A DNA stretch of 64,000 nt from a virus. Lineage: Duplodnaviria; Caudoviricetes. The stretch is taken from IMG/VR virus record IMGVR_UViG_2799112677_000001, positions 154 through 64,153 of that record. One strand, written 5' to 3'. Shown piece by piece: positions 45,490 to 53,717 of the stretch; positions within the stretch are counted from its first letter, which is position 1, and each line of letters begins with the position of its first letter. Under the pieces are notes generated by a model. That model saw only the letters and a program-made list of their open reading frames with translations. It was not told the DNA's origin and made no database searches. The translations under genes and the position numbers were made by a program.

Positions 45490-45555
45490 TGGCAGCTCTG
45501 GAATCGAACCAGAGACACGCCGCCTCTCTACCTCGACGTGCCCACCGTGACTGCC
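45490..45555 (-). ncRNA. tRNA-like element 1 (no D-arm)
   Basis: T-arm CTCTGG-TTCGATT-CCAGAG; closing stem GGCAG/CTGCC; central 7-bp hairpin CACGTCG/CGGCGTG. Confidence 0.45.
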
Positions 45556-45707
45556 TTTCCTGCAAGTACCCCGCAGGACGGGTGATGAGAAACCATCAAC
45601 GCCTCACGGCGGTAATGGTCACAAATGTTTCATTTAATTGTAATTAACCTCTAATACCATTAACATAAACCTTAAAACTAATACCAATGAAAACAAAACG
45701 TGAATTG

Positions 45708-45779
45708 TGGTCGTGGCTGGAGTCGAACCAGCGATTGCCGCATTAGGTTGCGGAGTTCATCCGTCGGAACTTCACGACC
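45708..45779 (-). tRNA. Atypical tRNA (72 nt) with a 6-nt anticodon loop ACCUAA; identity undetermined
   Basis: Perfect 7-bp acceptor GGTCGTG/CACGACC, D-stem GTTC/GAAC, anticodon stem CCGCA/TGCGG, 5-nt variable loop, T-arm GCTGG-TTCGACT-CCAGC; A rather than U at position 8. Confidence 0.65.
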
Positions 45780-45953
45780 AGAAACCGCCACCGCTTCACA
45801 ACGGCAGCGGAATGAAGCAAATAGTCTAAAAAAAGAAAGCCTTCAACCAGTATCGTCAGTGCACTTATCCATCTCCAGTGAATAAGGCGTAACCCCTCCG
45901 ACTTGGCAAAAAACTTATGAAAAAGTATTACTTTATCAGCACTTTTGAATGCT

Positions 45954-46057
45954 TGCGGGACTTGCGGAATCGAACCGCCGCGAAACTGCCGCTTTTCGAG
46001 AAACAAACATATTTGTGGATTTTGCAGCCCCACACCTGTAGCCCCAAATAAGCCCGC
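45954..46057 (-). ncRNA. tRNA-like element 3 (degenerate)
   Basis: GCGG-TTCGATT-CCGC T-arm; bulged closing stem GCGGGCTT/AAGTCCCGC. Confidence 0.35.
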
Positions 46058-46269
46058 CACACGCAGAGGAATGGCGGGCACTCCATTTTTTTATTAACTT
46101 TTAATTTGGATGATATGAAGAAAAACTATCCTTTCCGCAGATCCGCTGCGGCCCGGTGTTGAGTGCCCGGCCGATGCAAGCCGGGCGTTAGTTTGATTGT
46201 TTTGAATTATGATTACACCCTCACGGGCTTTTTGTGCCAGCGCGGGTCTTGCTCCCGCCGGCGCCCTGG

Positions 46270-46446
46270 TTAGACGTCACTGGCTTTGCCCTGCTGCTCA
46301 TCCATCAGGAAGCGGTAAAGGATGATAGCTGCAGGGATCCAGATGCACAGCCAAAGGAACAGGTCAGCTATTGACTCCGCATCATCAGGAGTACATAAAA
46401 CAAGAAAAAAACACACGGTAGCGGTAAAGTGCTTCAATACTTTCAT
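46270..46446 (-). CDS. Small membrane protein (58 aa, MKSIEALYRY...)
   Basis: Leader motif at 46461-46473 upstream; hydrophobic segment. Confidence 0.5.
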   Translation of the reverse strand: MKVLKHFTATVCFFLVLCTPDDAESIADLFLWLCIWIPAAIILYRFLMDEQQGKASDV

Positions 46447-46475
46447 AGTCGTTTGGTTTTATTGGTTTGACTTCA

Positions 46476-46709
46476 TTATTTTCTCATGTTCCTGCAATGA
46501 CGCAACACGTCGGCGGCGTTGCAGTACCAGCGCCCGTTCTGCTTAACGGACTTCTTGTCGGCTCTGATTGCGCCGCTCTCAACAAGGCGCACGAGGCGCT
46601 CACGGCCTCCCACAATCTTGGCGGCAGTGGTCTTGCAAAAAAATTGGTTTGCCATCGCCAAAAAGATATTCTCAAGGTGGATGGCGGCGGTGTCAATGGG
46701 CTGTTTCAT
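46476..46709 (-). CDS. Excisionase-like/HTH DNA-binding protein (77 aa)
   Basis: AAKIVGGRERLVRLVESGAI...W.CNAADV wHTH pattern in the early leftward operon. Confidence 0.55.
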   Translation of the reverse strand: MKQPIDTAAIHLENIFLAMANQFFCKTTAAKIVGGRERLVRLVESGAIRADKKSVKQNGRWYCNAADVLRHCRNMRK

Positions 46710-46900
46710 GCTACTCTCGTTACGATGATTGACTTGGTGGGTGCGTTCTGCTTGGTGGTGAATTTCTTGCCATTGCAGCGGTCAACCGCCAAGTCCCTGT
46801 ACATGATTGTGCTCACACTGCCCGCCTGCTCGATGGGGAAAGACGCGCATCCCCCGATTTCAAGTTCTCTCAATGTCTGGGCTATTGACTTCTTTTCCAT
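46706..46900 (-). CDS. Small early protein (64 aa)
   Basis: 4-nt overlap with the downstream gene. Confidence 0.65.
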   Translation of the reverse strand: MEKKSIAQTLRELEIGGCASFPIEQAGSVSTIMYRDLAVDRCNGKKFTTKQNAPTKSIIVTRVA

Positions 46901-46922
46901 GTTATAAAGAATTGGTGAATAT

Positions 46923-47012
46923 TGGGGCCGGTGGCAGGGCTCGAACCTGCGCTCGTCAAGTGTCCGTCCGTATGGATCGGGCTTTAGTCGTCGGTCTGGC
47001 CAACTGACTGGC
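46923..47012 (-). ncRNA. tRNA-like element 5 (CCA-terminated, imperfect acceptor stem)
   Basis: T-arm GCAGG-TTCGAGC-CCTGC followed by CACCGGC-C-CCA; central arms non-canonical. Confidence 0.45.
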
Positions 47013-47324
47013 TCCCTATCGCAGGAGAGCCACGGCGACTACACCAGCCTATCATAGTAGAATTATCAAAGTGTCAATTACTCATGGATGGACTTCACGC
47101 CATCCATATCGTGGCCAGCTGTGTAGCTGGACTTCTCGCAGGCACGGCCTTTCACTCTCGCTCGGATGTCACTCTTATTGCGTTCACCGCTCGCCCGTGA
47201 GGGGGTCATGGCGGTTAGGCTACTTTCCTGCCTGCTCATCGCTCGGGTTGCCGCCTTTGGCGGTACTTCCAGCGGTTTGCCATCATGTCAAGGGACTCTA
47301 CTTTGGCGTCCTTGCGGACTTTTG

Positions 47325-47414
47325 GGCGGCAGGCGGGAGTCGAACCCGCGACACGTGTATTGGCCCATTTCAGGTCACACGCTTCCTCCGTGCCTCTATA
47401 CGGGCTACTGCCGC
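47325..47414 (-). ncRNA. tRNA-like element 6 (90 nt, non-canonical central arm)
   Basis: Perfect acceptor GCGGCAG/CTGCCGC, UA at 8-9, D-stem GCC/GGC, T-arm GCGGG-TTCGACT-CCCGC; long CGTGT/ACACG hairpin in place of a normal anticodon arm. Confidence 0.55.
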
Positions 47415-47431
47415 TATCTAATTGGTTTGTC

Positions 47432-47623
47432 CTACACTTTCACAATGCAGTTTGTCGTTTCCAGTTTGCCGTTCACGAACTCGCAGCCGTAGAGTTTGGC
47501 ACCCCAAACGTGGGGATTGCGGTCTGCCTCAGCGAGTGCCTTCCTGGCTGCCTTCTCGTCGTTGTAAACATCCTCAGTCATGTGATGCTCGCTATACACG
47601 ATTGAAAGTTTGTAGAGTTTCAT
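47432..47623 (-). CDS. Hypothetical protein (63 aa)
   Basis: Leader motif at 47641-47653. Confidence 0.65.
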   Translation of the reverse strand: MKLYKLSIVYSEHHMTEDVYNDEKAARKALAEADRNPHVWGAKLYGCEFVNGKLETTNCIVKV

Positions 47624-47663
47624 AGTCAGTGTCGCTTTGGTTTGGTTTGACTTACGGAGTGGG

Positions 47664-48125
47664 TTACTTAGAGAGGAATATCAGAAGGCCGTCGATGTCG
47701 ATGTCGTTGCCCTCGGTCAGAGCGGTGAGGTAGTCGCCCTTGCTGATTTCATATTTATCAATGAGCGCGTTGAGAGTCTTCTTGAGGATTTCACACTGAC
47801 GGTAGTATTGCAGATGATATTTGCCGGAGGAGTCCGACTTTGCGTTCGCATCAGCGAGTAACTTTTCAAGTTCACGGATTTTCTCGTTGTTCTCGCAGAT
47901 CTCGTTAGTCGCGTTGTCTCTCTCTGCATTGATGGCGGCGAGCTTTTCATTGGCCGCTGCAAGTTGGGCCTTCAATGCGTTGTACTCCTCGGCAGCTCGG
48001 TGCTGCATGTCAATAAGTCGCTTGATTTCATCGCGGGCTGCATCAGAGAATTTGCGCAGCTCGTCCTCGTTCATTTCATTAGTTGGTTTGATGCCGTCAA
48101 TAAAGCATTTAATGTTAGTTTCCAT
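47664..48125 (-). CDS. First early gene, coiled-coil protein (153 aa)
   Basis: First ORF downstream of the leftward promoter. Confidence 0.7.
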   Translation of the reverse strand: METNIKCFIDGIKPTNEMNEDELRKFSDAARDEIKRLIDMQHRAAEEYNALKAQLAAANEKLAAINAERDNATNEICENNEKIRELEKLLADANAKSDSSGKYHLQYYRQCEILKKTLNALIDKYEISKGDYLTALTEGNDIDIDGLLIFLSK

Positions 48126-48206
48126 TGTGGTTAATTTTTTGAGTTATACATTGTTGTTGTTTCAAACAAATACACTATATTTGCGGTGTTAGTTTGTTTG
48201 TTGATG

Positions 48207-48270
48207 CAAAGGTAGGTCGTTTGACCTAATTAACCAAACAAAAAACGAAAAATTTTGGTCATTTGACCTA
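48207..48270 (-). promoter_or_regulatory. Early leftward promoter with two repressor operator candidates
   Basis: TTTG(48235-38)-N20-TACCTTTG(48207-14); dyads TAGGTC-GTTT-GACCTA (48213-28) and TTGGTC-ATTT-GACCTA (48255-70). Confidence 0.7.
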
Positions 48271-48292
48271 TTTTTAACATTTGTTTTGAATT

Positions 48293-48688
48293 ATGGCTAA
48301 TGTAACAAAAGATGAAATCCTTACTCGCTTGAATGATTTTCGCGAGTATTGCGGCATGAGCAAAGCTACTTTTGCCGCGTCGATTGGAATGGAGCAAACA
48401 ACAGTCAATAATCAGTTCCTGGGCAAACGTAGCTTGTCGCTTGACTTGGTGCTATCTACGCTCAATGCGTTTAGTGAGTTGTCTGGAGAGTGGTTACTGC
48501 GTGATCGTGGCGATATGCTCATTTCCAAATACAGCGATACGCCAGAGGCAATGCAGCTCAAATACTCTGAGCGCATAGAAAAACTCATCTCTACAATTGA
48601 AACACTTCAAGAGACAATTGACCTAAGGAATAGGTTGATTGAATCGTTGCAGTCTGAGGTCGAACAACTCAAAAAACAAGTCAATTGA
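48293..48688 (+). CDS. XRE-family HTH repressor (131 aa) with C-terminal coiled coil, no peptidase S24 domain
   Basis: MSKATFAASIGMEQTTVNNQ HTH, S.EWLL..RGDM motif; divergent from the lytic genes. Confidence 0.85.
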   Translation: MANVTKDEILTRLNDFREYCGMSKATFAASIGMEQTTVNNQFLGKRSLSLDLVLSTLNAFSELSGEWLLRDRGDMLISKYSDTPEAMQLKYSERIEKLISTIETLQETIDLRNRLIESLQSEVEQLKKQVN

Positions 48689-48689
48689 T

Positions 48690-49289
48690 ATGAAACAGAT
48701 CCTTTTTTCCTTTCTTGCTGTGTTTGCACTCTCATTGAGTTCTCAAACAACAATCGCCTCTCTCGGTTCAATCCACAATAAACTCGTGGAGCGCAACCTT
48801 GAACTAAAAGCATACTTCAATAATGAAGAACTATCGAGGGTAGAAATTGAGTGCCCAACATCAGGCTACACGGTCGGCACTATATGCGTCAAGGCCGAGG
48901 ATCTTCCTCAATTCAGGGAAATCATGGGCAAGATAAGGCCAGGTATGGCGATGCTTGTTGAAATGGTTGAGGCAAACGGATACGGCGAAGTAAGTACCGG
49001 CTTTGATAACATCCCTATAAAGGTCACATATAAATGGGACGGAATTAGACAAGAGAGTGACGGAGATTTGGAGATATTCTTGGCGCATGACGCAAAAGGC
49101 AAATATACGTCAGGTATCAGGCACAAGGCCTTTGATGACTCGGATGATAATTTTGTTAGTCCGTTTTTCCTGCAATTCAAGTCTCTTTACGAGGTTGACT
49201 ACATGCTACTGCTGTTGAGCGACGACAATATCAAGCTGTCATCAAAGAAAGACGACCTGCTAATTAAAATATATAACGATACGCATTGA
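48690..49289 (+). CDS. Secreted/periplasmic protein with signal peptide (199 aa), lysogeny-expressed accessory gene
   Basis: MKQILFSFLAVFALSLSS signal-like N-terminus; directly behind the repressor. Confidence 0.7.
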   Translation: MKQILFSFLAVFALSLSSQTTIASLGSIHNKLVERNLELKAYFNNEELSRVEIECPTSGYTVGTICVKAEDLPQFREIMGKIRPGMAMLVEMVEANGYGEVSTGFDNIPIKVTYKWDGIRQESDGDLEIFLAHDAKGKYTSGIRHKAFDDSDDNFVSPFFLQFKSLYEVDYMLLLLSDDNIKLSSKKDDLLIKIYNDTH

Positions 49290-49548
49290 ACCCACGCAAT
49301 AATTACCGAATTATTGTCCCTCCGATTTCTCGAAACCTACGAAACACCCATATTTTCAAGGCGTAGCAGCGATAATACCACAAATTTTTTTTAAGTTAGT
49401 AGGTGTTTTCACAATAAATCGCACAAATGCCGAACAATTCGGGAGTTTAGAGGTAATAATAATCGAGAAACCGTCCAGCGGTGGACCGCTGCGAATGTCA
49501 AAAAACAATCGATTAACTCATTTTATTACCGTTTTATTGTCGAAAATC
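49290..49548. other. Candidate attP region
   Basis: Non-coding, AT-rich, immediately 5' of int; dyads CAATAATT-ACCG-AATTATTG (49297-316) and CAGCGGT-GG-ACCGCTG (49476-91); core not identified. Confidence 0.4.
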
Positions 49549-50724
49549 ATGGCAACTATAAGAACAGTCATCGTGCCTACTAAGGCACTCAAAGGAGGGC
49601 GTCACAAAGTCCGAATCTCAATCGCCCATAACGGCCAAACACGCTACATCCCAACCAATGTAATTATAGATAATGTACGCGAGTTCAAGAACGGACTCGT
49701 CGTTGGCAGGGGCGACGCGGCTTACATGAACACAAAATTGCGTAAACTCGTCCAGCAGTACCAGAACGCAATCGACGAACTGGAGTACGTTGATGGACTC
49801 TCATGCCCCGAACTGGTCTATGCAATCACACACTCCGAGTTCAACCGCCACAAGACTTTCAAGGAAGTCTATGAGAAATATATGGAGGTGGCCAACATCA
49901 CGGACGGCACGCGCAAAGGCTACAGGGGACACTACCGCTGCATTACGGCGTTCATGGAAGAGAACACCCTACTGGAGCGCATCAACCACCTCACGCTCGC
50001 AGGACTCAACAAATTCATGCTCGAACGCGGCTACACGGCAAACACCAGGCGTGACAAGCTCGTGTTCATTATGGTGCTTATCAACTTCGCCGAAAGGTGC
50101 CGATATGCCGTTCCTCAGTATAACCCATTCATCGGTTACGACCTGCCGGCTCAGGAGGTGAGGCAGTCATGGCTCTCGGTGGACGAGGTTCGCAGGATCC
50201 GCGACGCGGAATGCCCGAAACGCTCAGTGGAGATTTGCCGCGATGTGTTCATGTTGTCTTACTACCTGGGAGGCATCAACGTAGTTGACCTACTCTCGGT
50301 GGACTTCAACGAGTGCAAAAGGAATATCCATTACATCCGCTCAAAGACAAAGAACAAACCGAAGCTGAACAAGTTCGTGGAGTTCGCTATCCCGGACGAG
50401 GCAAAGCCCATCATCGCCAAATATAAAGGCGGTGACGGCCGCCTCTTTTTCGGTGACTTCCACAACCGCAACAGACTTCATTACCTTTTCGTGGAGCACA
50501 TGAAAAGCCTTGCCGAAATCGCAGGACTGAAATACCTGATTTTCTATTCAGCACGCAAGTCGTTCGCACAGCACGCCTTCCAACTGGGAGTCAGCGAGAG
50601 CGTCGTGGACTACATCCTCGGACACCGCGTCGATAAGGTGAGTACAGCACTTTACAGCTATATTTCAGTCACCCCAAAGCAGGCGAGCGATGCCGTGAGG
50701 ATGGTGCTTGACAATTTGAGGTAA
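49549..50724 (+). CDS. int: Tyrosine recombinase/integrase, Bacteroidetes type (391 aa)
   Basis: Arm-binding N-terminus, SAM-like core; GGINVVDL, RSKT, FYSARKSFA, ILGH and C-terminal Tyr. Confidence 0.93.
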   Translation: MATIRTVIVPTKALKGGRHKVRISIAHNGQTRYIPTNVIIDNVREFKNGLVVGRGDAAYMNTKLRKLVQQYQNAIDELEYVDGLSCPELVYAITHSEFNRHKTFKEVYEKYMEVANITDGTRKGYRGHYRCITAFMEENTLLERINHLTLAGLNKFMLERGYTANTRRDKLVFIMVLINFAERCRYAVPQYNPFIGYDLPAQEVRQSWLSVDEVRRIRDAECPKRSVEICRDVFMLSYYLGGINVVDLLSVDFNECKRNIHYIRSKTKNKPKLNKFVEFAIPDEAKPIIAKYKGGDGRLFFGDFHNRNRLHYLFVEHMKSLAEIAGLKYLIFYSARKSFAQHAFQLGVSESVVDYILGHRVDKVSTALYSYISVTPKQASDAVRMVLDNLR

Positions 50725-50909
50725 AAAATTTCGGCTCAAGCTATTGCGCAGTCGGAAAATATGCCTACCTTTGCCGTATCAATATTGCTGCACTTTCATA
50801 AGTTCAGTTTATATTGGTTTGACTTACGGAGCGGGCGGGTGGTTCCCCCGCTCCAAATTTTGCCAGTTCATTGAAATAGCATAACTTTGCAAGGCAATCA
50901 AAACCAAGC

Positions 50910-50940
50910 GGGGGAGGCTCCCGTCTTTTTGGCCTCCCCC
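50910..50940. terminator. GC-rich hairpin just downstream of the 20-aa ORF
   Basis: Perfect 9-bp inverted repeat GGGGGAGGC/GCCTCCCCC. Confidence 0.55.
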
Positions 50941-50946
50941 TTGGAA

Positions 50947-51009
50947 TTAAATCTTAACGATTATCGTTAGCTTTAATTTCCAAATCCTAATCGAAAATCT
51001 GACTTCCAT
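50947..51009 (-). CDS. 20-aa cationic/hydrophobic peptide MEVRFSIRIWKLKLTIIVKI, candidate type I toxin
   Basis: Hand-translated; A-rich leader; own promoter at 51087-51118; leader complementary to its 3' region. Confidence 0.55.
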   Translation of the reverse strand: MEVRFSIRIWKLKLTIIVKI

Positions 51010-51086
51010 AGGTGCTTGGTTTTGATTGTTTTGCTTTCACTTTAGGGGGTCTGCTTGCCCTTTGTAAACACTCATTGTTTACATTA

Positions 51087-51118
51087 CAAATTTCGGGACG
51101 ATTTTATACCCCACCAAA
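51087..51118 (-). promoter_or_regulatory. Variant promoter TTTG-N20-GAAATTTG
   Basis: Shares AATCGTCCCGAAATTTG with the copy at 4773-4803. Confidence 0.55.
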
Positions 51119-51389
51119 TTTTTTCACAAAAAAATCACTATTTTTTCAAACTTTTTTCACTGAATTTCAACCCGTTAAATAATGGGCGCATCCGTCATGG
51201 ACACGCCCAAAACGAGCGTCCCTCATCATCACTTTTCATCATCACGGAACGCCCGCTCTTATTACTCACGAAAGGTGGAAAAGTTCAAAAAAGTGGCCAC
51301 GTTTCACAACGCAGCCACCTAAGTATAACTCATATTATTACCCCATGTTCGGTAAAATTGTAGTCAACTAATAACTAAACAAATCACAT

Positions 51390-52010
51390 TCAGAATATCT
51401 TCCATTTCGCCTTCGCTCCGATAAACGGCTCGAAGTTGTTAGTTACCTCAGACTTCTTGACGCCTCCTTCTATGCCCAGCTGCAGACGTTTGTCATTGTT
51501 GATCGTCAGCTCGCCACTGGCATAGGGCTGCCAAAACTTGGATGTGGTTCCGTAATCAATACCGGCATTGACAGACAACGACCATTTATTGGGAGGCTTC
51601 ATTCTCGTTATCGTCTCGGTAATCAGCTGCGTCTCATTATAGACGAAGATGCTGTCCAGGGAAGGCTCGAACCCGCTGACATACGCATCGTAGTTCTTCC
51701 CGCCGTAGTGCTTAGATGTGATTGGCACCTCCACCGCTACGCTGTCATGCAGCGTCAGGTATTCCACACTGGTGACGGTGTCGCTCTTGAACAACGGCAG
51801 CCATTTGATGACCGTCTTGGTCAAGAAACTGTCCTTCGGTGCGGGAAGATACTCGGGAACCGTGTCGTGAAGCGTTACGGTGTCACGTGAGACACTTTCG
51901 TCCAGGGGACGGTCGTACATACCTTTCGCAACCAAAAAGCCGCACAGGAGGCACAGGATGGCCGATGCAGCAAAGATAATGAGATGTTTCTTGCTTACCT
52001 TGTTAACCAT
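51390..52010 (-). CDS. Lysis-cassette membrane-anchored protein (DUF6808-like, possible spanin equivalent, 206 aa)
   Basis: N-terminal TM, DTV..HDT repeats, YDAYVSGFEPSLDSI motif; last gene of the lysis cassette. Confidence 0.6.
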   Translation of the reverse strand: MVNKVSKKHLIIFAASAILCLLCGFLVAKGMYDRPLDESVSRDTVTLHDTVPEYLPAPKDSFLTKTVIKWLPLFKSDTVTSVEYLTLHDSVAVEVPITSKHYGGKNYDAYVSGFEPSLDSIFVYNETQLITETITRMKPPNKWSLSVNAGIDYGTTSKFWQPYASGELTINNDKRLQLGIEGGVKKSEVTNNFEPFIGAKAKWKIF

Positions 52011-52023
52011 AACATTGACAGTA

Positions 52024-52194
52024 TTAAAATGAATTGTATTGCGACGTTAAGAGATGATGCACAAACACTGTGGCAATGGCCAGAATAGCAATGCCCGCAC
52101 ACACGATGAAGATGATTAGACCCGCGTTCACCCTCGCACGATCTCTGCGCATCTGCCTGTTCATCTTCTCGTCGATGCTCAACTTCCTGCTCAT
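52024..52194 (-). CDS. Small single-TM protein (56 aa, MSRKLSIDEK...)
   Basis: Hand-translated; 4-nt overlap with the endolysin gene. Confidence 0.55.
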   Translation of the reverse strand: MSRKLSIDEKMNRQMRRDRARVNAGLIIFIVCAGIAILAIATVFVHHLLTSQYNSF

Positions 52195-52829
52195 AACCCT
52201 GCGTATTCTTTTTTAGCGTCAAAGCATGGACAATCTTTTTTTGCAAATTCCCGGTGGCCGTGGATGGTGGCATTGGGGTACATGCGCTTCAGATCCCTCA
52301 GTAACTTCAGCAGGCCGTCCTTTTGCGCCTGCGTGCGCGTGTCCTTTGGTGGCAGCTTGCTATACGGCACGTTAGGGATATTCTTCAGACCTCCGACATA
52401 GCAGACTCCAATGCTGTGCGGATTGTGGTTTTTGCAGTGGGCACCACTTACGTTGATGTTGCGTCCAGCGTGAACAGAGCCGTCAAGATAGATAACGAAA
52501 TGATATCCGATGTCGCTGAAACCCCTCTCCTTGATGTGCATTTTCCTGATTTGCTCAACTGTCATCGGGACACCCTCAGGCGATGCGGTACAATGTACGA
52601 TAATCTCCGTGATGGTGCGTTTTGACTTTAGGTTGAGTTGCCCACCAAGTCCAAGGGCATCCCAAGTCTTACTGCCCACGATGCCGTCGGCAACAAGTCC
52701 GTACTTCTTTTGGAACTGCTTAACGGCCTCCTCGGTCAATGGACCGAAAATGCCGTCCTCGTACAGATGCAAAGCACGCTGGAGCTGCTTGACATCTTCG
52801 CCCTTACTTCCCTTTCTCAAAGTCCTCAT
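52191..52829 (-). CDS. Endolysin: peptidoglycan-binding domain plus N-acetylmuramoyl-L-alanine amidase (Amidase_2)
   Basis: DGIFGPLT/DGIVGSKT PG-binding motifs; IIVHCTA, DIGYHF, SIGVCYVGG and GHREF...KDCP. Confidence 0.95.
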   Translation of the reverse strand: MRTLRKGSKGEDVKQLQRALHLYEDGIFGPLTEEAVKQFQKKYGLVADGIVGSKTWDALGLGGQLNLKSKRTITEIIVHCTASPEGVPMTVEQIRKMHIKERGFSDIGYHFVIYLDGSVHAGRNINVSGAHCKNHNPHSIGVCYVGGLKNIPNVPYSKLPPKDTRTQAQKDGLLKLLRDLKRMYPNATIHGHREFAKKDCPCFDAKKEYAGL

Positions 52830-53343
52830 AGTTGTTCTCCTTTCTTATCCTCTTTACTGGTTTCTTTTTGAAGTCGTGCAGGTTGACATCGAAATGCCTC
52901 TCGGTCTTATCGACCATGATTTTTTGCAGCACCTTGTAAAAGTGGCCGTCCTCCTCACTGCGGCAACTGCTCTCGTTTTCGAGGATAGACCAAAGCTGTT
53001 CAAAGCAGATAACACCAGTGGCCACATAGGACAGCGGGATTGCCACATGGATGAACACCCAATGCTCGAGCAGGTAAGCCAGGAAGATGAGCGTCAACCG
53101 CTTCGGGATGGTGTGACGTATCACCTTACCGAAAGCGAATGAGGTAAACTTCGCCTCGTGCCTCTTCGTCTCATCAGGATATTTGACGTGCACGCGCTTA
53201 TCGAGTTGGTAAGCGGTGAATGCGTCGTACAAAATGAACACGATAGCAACAATGACCAGCGGGAATGCTGGCTGAAACTCTTCGACCAACCAACCAACCG
53301 CACCACCTATTAAGGCAAATATCAACTTCGGAATATTACACAT
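52804..53343 (-). CDS. Putative holin (179 aa)
   Basis: Several TM segments, FEQLWSILEN motif; directly upstream of the endolysin. Confidence 0.75.
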   Translation of the reverse strand: MCNIPKLIFALIGGAVGWLVEEFQPAFPLVIVAIVFILYDAFTAYQLDKRVHVKYPDETKRHEAKFTSFAFGKVIRHTIPKRLTLIFLAYLLEHWVFIHVAIPLSYVATGVICFEQLWSILENESSCRSEEDGHFYKVLQKIMVDKTERHFDVNLHDFKKKPVKRIRKENNYEDFEKGK

Positions 53344-53354
53344 GGCAAACCCTC

Positions 53355-53609
53355 CTATAACAGCCATAGCAGGCAACCGACGGCAACACCAACGGAAACG
53401 CCTATCTCATTGTCGCGGATGTCACCCCAGTCCCAACGATTGCCGGGCTCGCGGCTATCATCCCACTCTTTCACAAAGCCCATCAGTGACGGGACCAATA
53501 AACACACCGTGACAGAAAACCAAAGCGGCTGATGGAATATGCGGTAGGTCACCATGAGCACGAAACCCATAGCGCAACAACATCCCATGTGCAAATATCT
53601 GTCAACCAT
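53355..53609 (-). CDS. Small membrane protein (84 aa)
   Basis: DRYLH...KEWDD...GN.WDW.D pattern with hydrophobic helices. Confidence 0.7.
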   Translation of the reverse strand: MVDRYLHMGCCCAMGFVLMVTYRIFHQPLWFSVTVCLLVPSLMGFVKEWDDSREPGNRWDWGDIRDNEIGVSVGVAVGCLLWLL

Positions 53610-53613
53610 ACCC

Positions 53614-53664
53614 CAAAATTAGGGACGGTCTTACCCACGGCAAGCGATTTCCTGAAATCTCAAA
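53614..53664 (-). promoter_or_regulatory. Late-type promoter, copy 3 (lysis operon)
   Basis: Box at 53653-53664 with the full dyad GATTTC-CT-GAAATC, 31 nt, TAATTTTG at 53614-53621. Confidence 0.75.
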
Positions 53665-53717
53665 ATCGGAAATCGCGTAAAATAGTAAGTAATAAGGATT
53701 TGCGGATTTTGCTATTT

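Noticed and set aside
45708-45779. Amber (TAG) recoding suggested by the CUA-containing loop
   Set aside because: Large genes are uninterrupted under the standard code, TAG serves as a normal stop (e.g. 53355-53357), and the loop is only 6 nt
45954-46057. tmRNA (ssrA) or its fragment
   Set aside because: It has a T-arm and GGGGCT-like stretches but is far too short, with no tag reading frame or pseudoknots recognisable
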